A DNA stretch of 64,000 nucleotides from Macrostomum hystrix (lineage: Eukaryota > Animalia > Platyhelminthes): the NCBI GenBank assembly GCA_950097015.1, contig CATNEN010000007.1:4278001-4342000 (forward strand), written 5' to 3'. A program made the translations under genes and the position numbers. Below are positions 1 through 13,115 of the stretch, in pieces; positions within the stretch are counted from its first letter, which is position 1, and each line of letters begins with the position of its first letter. The notes beneath the pieces were generated by a model, which was given only the letters and a program-made list of their open reading frames with translations, ran no database searches and was not told the DNA's origin.

Positions 1-363
1 TCTCTGCCAATCCCACTGTCACCTGTGTCTTCCCCTGTGTCTCAATTCTGGTCAAGAAGCGCCACGTGACGAGTCAGGCTCTTGAGCTCAGATTGAGCAG
101 ATACGGAGGAGGCAGTAGCACTGCGGGCATCATCTACCAAGCATTAGGGACATCCCCGACTGCATCTTCATCTATAGAGCCAGGGTTTCAAAGCCGGACA
201 GCAGAATGGTAGTGATCCAACCCGAGACTGTGGCGTGGGATTGTTGCCCTGGTTGCTAAACATCTCGCTACTTGAGTGCATGCTCAAAGGGCCTCCGGCC
301 AGTGATGCTAGCCCATATTACTTCACGAAATCATAATTAAAATTTGAGAACACAAATAAACTC

Positions 364-622
364 GAATCCACACGGAATCCACACGGAATCCACACGGAAT
401 CCACACGGAATCCACACGGAATCCACACCGAATCCACACGGAATTCACACCGAATCCACACAGAATCCACACCGAATCCACACGGAATCCACACGGAATC
501 CACACCGAATCCACACGGAATTCACACCGAATCCACACCGAATCCACACGGAATTCACACCGAATCCACACGGAATCCACACGGAATCCATACCGAATCC
601 ACACCGAATCCACACCGAATCC
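364..622. repeat. 11-bp minisatellite (GAATCCACACG)n
   Basis: Directly visible tandem unit with GAATTC/ACC variants; lies in the NR2F intron 3' of the 721-900 exon. Confidence 0.95.
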
Positions 623-720
623 GCACTAAATTCTACTCTTGATCCAAGGCAGGTGTCAGAAAGTTTAGCATACAAAAGCAAAGCAGGCAAATGCAATAAT
701 TTCATGTTGGAGTTAGTCAC

Positions 721-3295
721 CCTCTTTGCGCATTCCGGTCTTCAGGCACTTCTGGAAGCGGCAATACTGGCACTGGTTCCTGTGGTGAATGTCCACCGGG
801 CAGTTCCGGTTGCCGCGGCAGGTGTAGGACAGCTTCCGCCTGACCGATCGCTTGAAGAAGGACTTGCAGCCTTCGCATGTGTACTGTCCGTAGTGCTTGC
901 CTGGGGATCGAGGAGAAGAGACGCTACTTTTGAATGCAGTTTTCAAAACAAATGTGCCATTTTGATCTTAAAATGTGCCATTTTGATCTTAAAATGTGCC
1001 ATTTTGATCTTAAAATGTGCCATTTTGATCTTAAAATGTGCCATTTTGATCTTAAAATGTGCCATTTTGATCTTAAAATGTGCCATTTTGATCTTAAAAT
1101 GTGCCATTTTGATCTTAAAATGTGCCATTTTGATCTTAAAATGTGCCATTTTGATCTTAAAATGTGCCATTTTGATCTTAAAATGTGCCATTTTGATCTT
1201 AAAATGTGCCATTTTGATCTTAAAATGTGCCATTTTTATCTTAAAATGTGCCATTTTGATTATTAAAAGTGCCAATATGATCTTAAAAGTGCCATTTTGA
1301 TAATAAAAGGTGCCATTTTGATTATTAAAAGTGTCATTATGATCTTAAAAGTGCCATATTTTGATAATAAAAGGTGCCATTTTGATCATTAAAAGTGCCG
1401 CTTTTATATTTGAAGCATCTGTCAGTTTTTTCTTAGTGAATTTTAGATTTTCGTATACGAGTTACATGCCACTTCTTATCTTAAAAATGAATTTGTTTAT
1501 CTTTAAGTGAGTGCAATTTCGATTCTGAAGTGTGTCAATTTTTTAAAGTAACGTGTAGTATGATTTATAAAACTAGTGTCACCCATTGTAGTCTATTGTT
1601 GCTTCTTTATCTTATACACAGAGCCAATTTTGACACTAAGAATTACAAAATTCTGAAACAATAACACTTTTGTGTGATTTCGGCATCGTTTTAGAAATAA
1701 TTAAAATTTCTCTCGTGACGAAAACCACTTCTCAGGCGGATGGGCAGATAAAAGTCATCAGATTGAGAAGCAGATTAAGTTCACTGTTATCGTAAATTTG
1801 GATCAACTATGAGAACTCGAATTACTGAAGATGAAAAAGCATTTTTCAGCAGGGATTGAGAAACTGAGAGACGGTTGGCTCAGTTTATGATCTCTCCGCT
1901 TTGCTGGGTATAAACCTTTTCTGATTTCTAAGAAAATTCAACGAAATAAAACGCATTCCCAACTAATTAACGGTCTTTTAATTTCAATGATATCAAACTA
2001 AATCAATTGTACATAAATTTGTGTTATGCAAGTTTTTAATCCTTGGAATTAAACCTTGGTTACTAGAATATGGGATGGTATCTGCGTGCCAATCGGTGTA
2101 AGTAGATTGGGTCACCGCGCATCAACTTCAGTCTAATGACTGACTGAGAAGGCATGGGAGGCTGGGCCAACGGGAATCCTATATGAGGATCAGATCCCAA
2201 TTCATGTTGGTTGCGACATCGTTTGTCTTCTAATTTTAGTCTGTCCATAATTTTGAAACTACGAGTAATTATGTTCTCAATGGCACACTTTGAAAGGTGC
2301 TGTAAATCCGCCCCTTCATCCCGCCACTCACTCTCAAATCCGCCCCTTCATCCCGCCACTCACTCTCAAATCCGCCTCTTCATCCCGCAACTCACTCTCA
2401 AATCCGCCACTTCATCCCGCCACTCACTCTCAAATCCGCCCCTTCATCCCGCCACTCACTCTCAAATCCGCCACTTCATCCCGCCACTCACTCTCAAATC
2501 CGCCACTTCATCCCGCCACTCACTCTCAAATCCGCCCCTTCATCCCGCCACTCACTCTCAAATCCGCCCCTTCATCCCACCACTCACTCTCAAATCCGCC
2601 ACTTCATCCCGCCACTCACTCTCAAATCCGCCACTTCATCCCGCCACTCACTCTCAAATCCGCCTCTTCATCCCGCAATTCACTCTCAAATCCGCCACTT
2701 CATCCCGCCACTCACTCTCAAATCCGCCCTTCATCCCGCCACTCACTCTCAAATCCGCCCCTTCATCCCACCACTCACTCTCAAATCCGCCCCTTCATCC
2801 CGCCACTCACTCTCAAATCCGCCTCTTCATCCCGCAACTCACTCTCAAATCCGCCACTTCATCCCGCCACTCACTCTCAAATCCGCCTCTTCATCCCGCC
2901 ATCCTCTCTTAAATCCGCTCAACCTGCGGAAACTATGCCCGCCCTGTTTATGCCGGACCCTGCATTGCCCGCCCAGAGCAGAGCGGAAGCGCACCTGAAC
3001 TTTTGTCACCGCAGACCACGCACTCCACATTGCCAGCCTTCTCGGGATCGTCGTCGTCGTCATCATCGCAGTCGATGGAGCCGCCGCCGCCGCCAATGCC
3101 GCCGCCACCACCGCCGCCGCCACCGCCGTGGACGAAGCTGGCTGGCGAGCTTGGCTCCGAGTTCAACAGCGGTGTGGAGTTGTGCAGCAGCATCGCCGTG
3201 GCATCCCCGGAGCCGCCGCTGCCGTCAACGGAGTCCCAGAACATCGGCTGCGGCTGCGGCAGGTGCTGCTGGTGCCGGCTTCCTCCGGTTGACAT
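721..3295 (-). CDS. NR2F: COUP-TF/seven-up type nuclear receptor, 5' part (N-terminus plus C4 zinc-finger DNA-binding domain); ligand-binding-domain exons not found in the window
   Basis: Exon 1 3295-2995 (MSTGG...[11 protein letters not shown], donor GTGCGC, phase 1). Exon 2 900-721 (acceptor CCCCAG; [59 protein letters not shown]; donor GTGACT, phase 1). The joined peptide closely matches the COUP-TF DBD including the CEGCKS P-box. Confidence 0.95.
949..1400. repeat. 21-bp minisatellite (AAATGTGCCATTTTGATCTTA)n in NR2F intron 1
   Basis: Visible tandem unit, degenerating toward 1400; explains the CAILILK/KMAHFKI ORFs. Confidence 0.95.
2304..2900. repeat. 32-bp minisatellite (AAATCCGCCCCTTCATCCCGCCACTCACTCTC)n in NR2F intron 1
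   Basis: Visible tandem unit ending about 95 nt from the exon 1 donor. Confidence 0.95.
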
Positions 3296-4445
3296 CTCGC
3301 AGTCGTCGATATCAATTTTGACGGCTAAGTTTCTAGTAGCGAACTAAATCTGAGAACGAGCGAAGATTAAAAGCGCCACCGCGGCGGGCCCTCTTTTATC
3401 TTGAAATTCGTCGCCGCCAAAGAGGTGGGGGGCAGGGGGGGGAGGGCCGGGGCGGCCGGGAGCAAAAGAGCACGACTCGGCGCGGGAGGGTTGGTCAGCG
3501 GCCCCTCCCCGACCCGCTATTCCTCAGGCGTGGCCAGGCCGCGGTGAGCCAAAGAAACTCGCTATCAAATGCGGCCCTGCTTGGCGCCCGCTGTCGACTC
3601 CCAAGGCCGGGAGCTGAGCGCTGATTCGCTGGCCAGCCCGGGGTCGCCCACCCGGCCGACCCTCGGGTAGAGGGGAGCAGCCAGTGGCCGCCACTTGCCG
3701 CATCCCCGGATCCGCTGCTGGCCTGACCCATCCAGGGAGTGACACCGCCATCCACCCGCGTTTAGTCTCCCGCGTTTAGATCCCTAATCCTTTGCTCAGT
3801 AGTATTCGGAATTCCTCAGCTTGAAGGCTGAGCGCACACTTTCTCCGGGGGATTATCTGCATGGGAGCGGAACAGCAGTTGTCTCCGCTCTCCCAGTTTC
3901 CCAATGTCTATTTCGGTCTAGCACAAATCTTTCCCCGGAGAGAATTTGATGAGAATCAGCCGAGGGCCGCGGCTTTTTTGATGAGGAATTTCACGAGATG
4001 CGGCGTTCCAGACCCATCTTGGCCCCCCAGCCAGTGCATGAGCAGCCACTCGCTCTCCAGGAAATAGATAGATAAACACTGGCTCAGCCATCTCAGACCC
4101 CGAGCAGTGTTTGAGCAGAGTCTAATCTCGGGCTTAAGTCAAGCGGCAATTACTGCTGCGGCAGGCGGAGCACAGATAAGACTGGGAATTGGGGCGACGT
4201 GCTTGCTCACTACTGATCCCAAGGCTGCAGCTGTTTGCGATGCTTGCATCACAGATGCAGTCATAAAATTCTTCAATTAGGTGTCGCTTGTATATCAAGC
4301 CAGGCCGTTCATTTTTCTCGTTTCACATTGGCTAGGAAATATAATTCTTCAGATGCGCTGTGAAAAATTAACATTTTCCTGCTTTTACTGCATGAAATAT
4401 AGACTTTTAGGTGGCGGAAGAGTAGATTTAGCAAATATTTAGCGG

Positions 4446-5270
4446 GTGGTTAGGCTGTTGGATAGCCAGCAGGTAGGCTGTTGGATAGCCAGCAGGGTAG
4501 GCTGTTGGGTAGCCAGTAGGGTAGGCTGTTGGATAGCCAGTAGGGTAGGCTGTTGGGTAGCCAGCAGGTAGGTTTTTGAGTAGCCAGCAGATAGGCTGTT
4601 GGATAGCCAGTAGGGTAGGCTGTTGGGTAGCCAGCAGGTAGGTTGTTGGGTAGCCAGTAGGGACGGCTGTTGGGTAGCCAGCAGGTAGGTTGTTGGGTAG
4701 CCGGTAGGGACGGCTGTTGGGTACTCAGTAAGATAGGCGGTTGGATAGCCAGTAGGGTAGGCTGTTGGGTAGCCAGCAGGTAGGCTGTTGGATAGCCAGT
4801 AGGGTAGGCTGTTGGGTAGCCAGCAGGTAGGCTGTTGGATAGCCAGTAGGGACGGCTGTTGGGTAGCCAGCAGGTAGGTTGTTGGGTAGCCGGTAGGGAC
4901 GGCTGTTGGGTATTCTAATAGCGTAAGGTAGGCTGTTATGTACTCAGTAAGATAGGCGGTTGGGTAGCCGTCAGGGTAGGTTGTTGGGTAGCCGGCAGGG
5001 TAGGCTGTTGGGTAGCTCTAAAGTAGATTGCGGGGTAGCTCTAAAGTAGATTGTGGGGTAGCTCTAAAGTAGATTGTGGGGTAGCTCTAAAGTAGATTGC
5101 GGGGTAGCTCTAAAGTAGATTGTGGGGTAGCTCTAAAGTAGATTGCGGGGTAGCTCCAAAATAGATTGTGGGGTAGCTCTAAAGTAGATTGCGGGGTAGC
5201 TCTAAAGTAGATTGCGGGGTAGCTCTAAAGTAGATTGTGGGGTAGCTCCAAAGTAGATTGTGGGGTAGCT
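4446..5270. repeat. Two adjacent 23-24-bp minisatellites: GGTAGGCTGTTGGRTAGCCAGYA(G) (about 4446-5012) then TAGCTCTAAAGTAGATTGYGGGG (about 5012-5270)
   Basis: Visible tandem units joined at a shared GGGTAGC motif. Confidence 0.9.
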
Positions 5271-6104
5271 GTAAGGCTGCAATTCCGCAAGGCATTGTTC
5301 ACAAAGGACCCTCCGCGTGCAGTGCCCATTAAGCCACAGTTGGTATATGCGCTAATGGCCATAGCAATGACTAGCGGCATATTAATGAGGCCAATGAGAA
5401 CAATCAAACAGCATGAAGGGGGGTTGGTGAATATCTTGCATATTAACTATCGCATGGCAGACTATTTAGATCCCCATTTTCCCCACCTTATCCCCTATTC
5501 ATTGCCTGGCGACAGATCCCGGTGACATCTGTGCATGGCGCGGCTCTGGCGATGATTTTGTCTTCAGGAACCGGCCGACTGGGCCGCTACCGTCTCGAAT
5601 CAACACTCAACACTCGAGCGGTGTTTTGAGTTCTAGCCATTGCATCACCCCGCGCCTGTCCCGCCCAATTTCGCATAGCTCAGTTTGAGAATGTGATGCA
5701 ATCCGCTGAGAACTCTCGGGCATTAGCTTCCTAGAGCACACTTGTGAGATCTATGGAGAAACCCGAGACCTCAAGGCGCATGGGAACAAGAATTAATGGG
5801 CTTGGGGTGGGGCGCGGATATCTTAGAGACCGAGCGCCAACGGCCATGGCATGACCGCTGACTTTCACGCACTCAGCTGTGAAAGCTGATCATTGTGACG
5901 CATTGCGTGTGGAAACCCTGCCGCTTAGACAACCGGGCGAGGAGCTATGACTTCTCGTCAAGGCTAATTGCTTGGTGAAATGCGCTAAACTCTATAGGTG
6001 CCAACATTATTGTTTGCTCAGACTGTTGCATGACCAATCTTGCCGATTCAAATCCAGCTTCTGCAATGGCTTACTCTATTTCCCAGCACTGAGGATTCTA
6101 TCTC

Positions 6105-6301
6105 TGCATTCTACTCTCCCTGCATTCTACTCTCCCTGCATTCTACTCTCCCTGCATTCTACTCTCCCTGCATTCTACTCTCCCTGCATTCTACTCTCCC
6201 TGCATTCTACTCTCCCTGCATTCTACTCTCCCTGCATTCTACTCTCCTGCATTCTACTCTCCTGCATTCTACTCTCCTGCATTCTATCATTTTTCATGTC
6301 T

Positions 6302-6331
<30 letters not shown>
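6105..6331. repeat. 15-16-bp minisatellite (TGCATTCTACTCTCC(C))n followed by a (CAG)10 microsatellite at 6302-6331
   Basis: Directly visible. Confidence 0.9.
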
Positions 6332-6332
<1 letters not shown>

Positions 6333-7808
6333 GATGACGCAGAGCGGCTATTGGCAAAGGACTCAGGCTGAGCAATCGGTGCTGCCGAACACAGGCAATC
6401 AAAGGCGCGCAATCTCAAAATTGGCCAAGAGAAGCCTGGACAAGCTGAAATTCGCACCTATTCCGTCGTCAATCCAGGCAGTGTACTTAGGGAAGGCGAG
6501 GCGTAAATCGATTTCGGTAATAAAACAAACTGCGTCAATGCCTTGATTTTGCAAAAAGTCATAATTAGCAGCGGCACCTGTTGCACCTGTTCCTCAGTCG
6601 CTAAGAATTTTTTGTTATTTCAAATTTATTTAAACGCAAAATGTCACCATCGGTCAAGGCGAGGCAGATTTTTTCGTTTTTAAGGCGACTGAAAAAAAAT
6701 GAATCGGCTTTTTCCAAGAAACAAGTGAGAAATCGAGGCTCAGAATATGAAATTCACAGAGGCCCAGCAAAAGTGTTAACACGCCACGGAGAGTCAGGGA
6801 AGATAGTGAGCAGAAGATGGGGCAGTCCGGATGATGATGATGAAATATTAATGTTAGCATTGCGTATCTTCTTGTCGTGCAGCTGCGGCAGCGGCAGTTG
6901 GTCTCTCGGGACTGAAGCTCGGTGACTTATTAAAGCGATAATCTGGCCGGACAGCGGGCACGGGCCAGAAAGGATTACGGAGGCCGCTAATTCCTCAATC
7001 ACGAGAGACGGATATAGTGAGATAGAGAGGAGCGGCTGAGCTGGACTCAAAACTGCCGAGACCCCGAGGGCTGCAGGGCTGGCTCGACGCGACCGAAAAT
7101 TGGTACAAAAAGGAGCTCGGAATTCCGGCGCTCCCATGACACCAATTGCTTAGAAGAATGGGAAGAGGATTCCTGTTCCAGCAGGGGGTGGGACAAATCT
7201 ATTTCTTATGGAATTTTGGCGCGCGCGTGCCAGATTGTCGGGGATTGTCGGGGCGGGGGCAATGGGCCCAGCGCTGCTGGCGATATGCAAATCACAGTGG
7301 GATCTGGAGTCCCGATAACTGATTATTATTGGGCTATCACTGCTGGTGCCGGCAGAAGCTTCTGTCCACTATTCGAATTAGGGAGAATTCTGGCTAGGGG
7401 GAGAATCGGGGATCTTTCCACCGCATCGCGCTTGGGGATTTCTTGGTGTTGTGAAGAAATTCTTTTGAGTATAGCACAGGTGTTGGCGAGTGCCTTGAGT
7501 AGGCTTTTCCAAACCTGGAGTTCTAACCACGATACATTCTATGCACAATGAGACCTGATTTTAAAAGGGCCTATCACTTATAACGCAGCTGTTTTAGCTG
7601 GCCCAGCACAAAGCGGTTTTCTTAATTTTGGTGCCGAAAATATCCAAAAGGTTAAGCAATTGACTGCTGAAAAAAGGCAGATAATGGGACGCGCTTTTTG
7701 AAGCGAGGCTTGAGGCGCCGAAAGGAGATATGGGGAGAGGGTAGATTGAGGAATGGAAGGGAGAGTATCGGGAGAAAGTCCCTGTATAGAGAGAGAACGG
7801 GTAGAACG

Positions 7809-9310
7809 GGAGAGAGGGAGATTGGAGAGAGCGAGGGAGATTGGGGAGAGAGAGGGAGATTGGAGGGAGCGAGGGAGATTGGGGAGAGAGGGAGATTGGG
7901 GAGAGAGGGAGATTGGGGAGAGAGGGAGATTGGGGAGAGAGGGAGATTGGGGAGAGAGGGAGATTGGGGAGAGCGAGGGAGATTGGGGAGAGAGAGGGAG
8001 ACTGGAGGGAGCGAAGGAGATTGGGGAGAGAGGGAGATTGGGGAGAGCGAGGGAGATTGGGGAGAGAGAGGGAGATTGGAGGGAGCGAAGGAGATTGGGG
8101 AGAGAGGGAGATTGGGGAGAGAGGGAGATTGGGGAGAGAGGGAGATTGGGGAGCGAGGGAGATTGGAGAGAGCGAGGGAGATTGGGGAGAGAGAGGGAGA
8201 TTGGAGGGAGAGGGAAATTGGGGAGAGAGGGAGATTGGGGAGCGAGGGAGATTGGGGAGAGAGGGAGATTGGGGAGCGAGGGAGATTGGGGAGCGAGGGA
8301 GATTGGGGAGAGAGGGAGATTGGGGAGAGAGGGAGATTGGGGAGAGAGGGAGATTGGGGAGCGAGGGAGATTGGAGAGAGCGAGGGAGATTGGGGAGAGA
8401 GAGGGAGATTGGAGGGAGCGAGGGAGATTGGGGAGAGAGGGAGATTGGGGAGAGAGGGAGATTGGGGAGAGAGGGAGATTGGAGGGAGCGAGGGAGATTG
8501 GGGAGAGAGGGAGATTGGGAGAGAGGGAGATTGGGGAAAGAGAGGGAGATTGGGGAGAGAGGGAGATTGGGGAGAGAGGGAGATTGGGGAGAGAGGGAGA
8601 TTGGGGAAAGAGAGGGAGATTGGGGAGAGAGGGAGACTGGGGAGAGAGGGAGATTGGGGAGAGAGGGAAATTGGGGAGAGAGGGAGATTGGGGAGCGAGG
8701 GAGATTGGAGAGAGCGAGGGAGATTGGGGAGAGAGAGGGAGATTGGAGGGAGCGAGGGAGATTGGGGAGAGAGGGAGATTGGGGAGAGAGGGAGATTGGG
8801 GAGAGAGGGAGATTGGGGAAAGAGAGGGAGATTGGGGAGAGAGGGAGATTGGGGAGAGAGGGAGATTGGGGAGAGAGGGAGATTGAGGAGAGAGGGAGAT
8901 TGGGAAAAGAGAGGGAGATTGGGGAGAGAGGGAGATTGGGGAGCGAGGGAGATTGGGGAGAGAGAAGGAGATTGGAGAGAGCGAGGGAGATTGGGGAGAG
9001 AGGGAGATTGGGGAGAGAGGGAGATTGGGGAGAGAGGGAGATTGGGGAGAGAGGGAGATTGGGGAGAGAGGGAGATTGGGGAGAGAGGGAGATTGGGGAG
9101 AGAGGGAGATTGGGGAGAGAGGGAGATTGGGGAGAGAGGGAGATTGGGGAAAGAGAGGGAAATTGGGGAGAGAGGGAGATTGGGGAGCGAGGGAGATTGG
9201 AGAGAGCGAGGGAGATTGGGGAGAGAGAGGGAGATTGGAGGGAGCGAGGGAGATTGGGGAGAGAGGGAGATTGGAGAGCGGGGGAGAGAGGGAGAGAGGG
9301 AGATTGTGGG
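7809..9310. repeat. Purine-rich 17-bp-core satellite (GGGAGATTGGGGAGAGA)n, about 1.5 kb
   Basis: Visible unit with variants; open in multiple frames on both strands, so the GERGRL/PLSPIS ORFs are artefacts. Confidence 0.95.
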
Positions 9311-10854
9311 GAGAGGCAGAATGGTGAGAGCGAATATAGCGCTTGTGAGGAGAGGGGCAGATAGGCCAATAATTGTCACAGCAGACTATAGTTTTTGCGA
9401 TGGCTTTTTCAAGCGTAAAACACATTCTGGTGAGGAGAGTCGACTCGCTTCTGTGCACCCGTGAGTCACCCTGTCACTCGGCCAGCTGAGAAGACAAAAA
9501 AGCAACGGGAGGCGGCGAGCTCGGACCTCCAGACTTCGACTTTGGATCGGACGGCAGCTGAAGACGGGTTGTGGGCAGGGGCTAACTTTCCCCGCAGCCA
9601 CCCACCTGTCCATAGTTTTTCTCGCCCCAATAATAATGATCTTTCGCTCGTCGTTCCCCGATGTGTCTTTGTCCACTCTTTGTGCCGGCCGGAGCTCTCG
9701 AGAAGCTCTCAAATTGGACTCAGGGGCGGAGGTTGCCGGTTACGCAAGATCTTGTACCGAGTGTGATTTGTTGATTTCCTTGTCTCCCAGATCATTATTC
9801 CCATTTCTATTATTCCCCCTTATTTGTTATGCTGTTTTGATTCCGTTGGCCGTCATCATTCGTACTCAAAATTTGAGTAGTTGGCGCAGGGCATGCCGTT
9901 GCAGAGATTTCCTGCAGCTTCCCCTCCCAACCCAGGGTGTGCCTTGCGCAACACCGGCGCACAGGAGACGGTCGGTCGTGTGTCGGGGTCGGAGGTTGCT
10001 ATGGCGTAAGTGACGCCCAGGACTGTAAGATTGCAGCTCTGTGCTCAAGGCGCTTACCGGCCCTCTCCGGTAATTACTTGCAGAAGAAGAAGGAGCATCC
10101 GAGTCTCACTAATTAAAGGGGAAAATTTGGCGATTAGGAAGCGAAAAATTCTTTGAAATGGGAGGCAGCTTTTGACTGGCTAGCAGCCGAGGCTGAAAGC
10201 CCGGAGTCGGATAAGTCACAGGACTCAGCAGCTCAGCTATCAAACGGCTGCCAGTCGGAAGTCTGGGACTATCGGTGACCGCGGGAGAACGCGAGATCAG
10301 CGTATCGGGCATTCGCACTCCAAGGCCTCATCGTCAAGTCGGATGATATTGTACACCTGATTCTAACAAATAACTGCAGTCGGCTTGATTTCCCCTGGAG
10401 CCAAATATCTCTTCCAGCTTAGGCCAGTGAGTGCCTTTTCGGCCACGCATCGGTAGCTCATCAAACTGAGCGACTTGGCCTGTCAGCTCACAACTGTGCT
10501 CACAGCCGGGCTAGTGTTGAGAGCAGGACAGAGAAGGGGCACGCGGACTGAAAGCCTTGGGGTGACCGAGGTTGGGATCAGGGGGTTGGGCATCGGATTA
10601 CTTGGGAGCTAAAAAACACACACTCACGGACTCACTCAACATGTGGGACTGGGCTGCTTCAGGCTGGAAGCGAGTAGAGTTGACACATTTCTAGTTGGTC
10701 GGCTCACGGAGCAACCCGAGACGGTGGCTGAGCTCAGCGAACTGCTGGCGCTCGCTCTCTCTCTCTGGGGAGATGAGGCTTCCTCTGAGATAAGACAGTC
10801 ACCGCGGAGTCACATCCGCTGCGGATGAGAGATCAGGATCAGGAGAATGAGAGT

Positions 10855-11275
10855 AGATGTGGGAGGAGAGTGGATGGTAGAGAAGGAGAGTAGATGGTAG
10901 AGAGTAGATGGTAGAGAAGGAGAGTTGATGGTAGAGAGTAGATGGTAGAGAAGGAGAGTAGATGGTAGAGAAGGAGAGTTGATGGTAGAGAAGGAGAGTA
11001 GATGGTAGAGAAGGAGAGTTGATGGTAGAGAAGGAGAGTAGATGGTAGAGAAGGAGAGTAGATGGTAGAGAAGGAGAGTTGATGGTAGAGAAGGAGAGTA
11101 GATGGTAGAGAAGGAGAGTTGATGGTAGAGAAGGAGAGTAGATGGTAGAGAAGGATAGTAGATGTGAGAGACAAAGGGATTGGATGTGAGAGACAAAGGG
11201 ATTGGATGTGAGAGACAAAGGGATTGGATGTGAGAGACAAAGGGATTGGATGTGAGAGACAAAGGGATTGGATGC
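10855..11275. repeat. 20-bp (GATGGTAGAGAAGGAGAGTW)n followed by 22-bp (GATGTGAGAGACAAAGGGATTG)n minisatellites
   Basis: Visible tandem units. Confidence 0.9.
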
Positions 11276-11974
11276 GGGAGAAGGACATTGGATGAGATGG
11301 ATAGCTAGAGTGTTTAACAGGCCAATAAGTAAGTTATCAGTGAAGCTGGAGTATTAATCGGTAAAAAATGACACATTCTTTGATTGGAGCCCCAATTCGC
11401 TCAGCATGATAAATAAGGAACAAGTGGCATCGACCGCCGTGACTAACTAAACTGTCTCCTCCTAAACAAGCATGGCCATGGTCCTTCCGCTTCTGCGAGC
11501 AGAAAACTAACCCCCCTACGCTAGGTCTATGAGCGGGAGATCACAGCAGAAGTCGATGAGGCAGAGTTTCGTCAGGGGTATAGCCAATTAATGAATGCGT
11601 GAGCAGCCAGATAGCTTTGCCTCATCAATCTTGAAGCCCGGCGGTCCGTGGGTCGCGCCCGTAATCCATCTCGGGCCGCAGCGCCACCCCAGGGTTCGGG
11701 GGCGCCTGACACTTGTAGATTAAAAAGCAGCAGCAAGTGTGTTGCAGCGGGGCTTACACTTTTCTCAGACTTTTATTGGGGATCAAATGATAAGTTTAGG
11801 GATAAAATGCGGTATGACTAGCACTGGGTCAAAGCGAACCTGCTGCTGCAAGCTGGCGGTGCAAATCCCTCTGCGAATTCTGCTTTTGCTTTCTTGGAAA
11901 TAGCGAATGAGGATGACGACTAATGCCTAATAAAGTGAAATTGTGCTCAACGTATTTGTTATTAATATGAAACG

Positions 11975-12480
11975 ATTGGGGATTTGGCTTAACGGATCGA
12001 GGATTAAGCTCAAAAGATTTGGGATTAAGTTAATCACATTAAAGATAAGGCCTAACAGATCGGGGATTAAGCTTAACGGATCGGGGGATTAAGCTCAACA
12101 GATTCTGGATTAAGCTCAACAGATTGAGGATTAAGCTCAACAGATTGTGGATTAAGTTAATCAAATTAAGGATTAGGCCCAACAGATCAGGGATTAAGTT
12201 CAAAAGATTCTGGATTAATCTCAACAGATCGGGGGGATTAAGATTAACGGATTTGAGGTTAAGCTCAACAGATTTGGGATTCAGCTCAACAGATTGTGGA
12301 TTGAGCTCAACAGATTGTGAATTGAGCTCAACAGATTGTGGATTGAGCTCAACAGATTTAGGATTAAACTCACCAGATTTGGGATTAAGCTCAAAAGATT
12401 GTGGATTAAGTTAAAAAGATTAAGGTTTGGGCTCAACAGTGTGGGATATTAGCTCAATTTATCGGGGATTAAGCGCAAAA
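11975..12480. repeat. Degenerate roughly 21-bp minisatellite with core GGATTAAGCTCAACAGATT
   Basis: Recurrent core with many variants. Confidence 0.8.
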
Positions 12481-13115
12481 GATCTCTTAAGTGGATAGCG
12501 ACGAACAAATTTGGAATGAAGAAAAAGGATTTTGATTTTAGTTCTTGATCAAGATGAGGATGGAGACAAAAAAATTAAATCACGCATAAGTAGTATCTAG
12601 CAGTAGTATGGCGTTGTCACTTCGTGCCATATGAACTAAATGCATGCAAAGCATTGCCAAATGAGAACCGATTGGCACCGAATAGATTAACAAAGCACAG
12701 TGGGAGCCGGTCACGTTAATTGGGCCAAATTTTGAAGGATCCTATTTCCCGCTGTTCCCTAGTGATCCCATACAGTCTATAAGCATTAGGATAATTTAGA
12801 TAGGCTGTCAGTGGGCGGGGAACAATGGTAGTAGGGGTAGAGCGGAGAGCAGTTGCACAACCGTCTGCTCGTCTGCGAATGCGTTGTGAAGGCCCGGGTG
12901 TGACGCAAGCGAGCTCGAACTCAACTCAAGTTAAGAGACGCAAGGTAGACGAAATCGCCTTTGTTTGTGCCTGGCCAGCGATACGGCACAAATTGCTAGT
13001 CTAACCTGTTATTGCCTGCCGTTTTTTTACATTTTTACATTCTCTTACATGTAAACATTTATTTACTAATTCAAAATAAGAAAATTTCTATTACCTTTTG
13101 TCACTATCATTTTAT

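Noticed and set aside
344-1300. 318-aa + strand ORF
   Set aside because: A chimera of two minisatellites and the antisense of NR2F exon 2.
7578-9464. 500-600 aa ORFs on both strands, including collagen-like GERGRLGRE repeats
   Set aside because: The 17-bp satellite lacks stops in most frames; there is no unique domain, signal peptide or sustained Gly-X-Y register.
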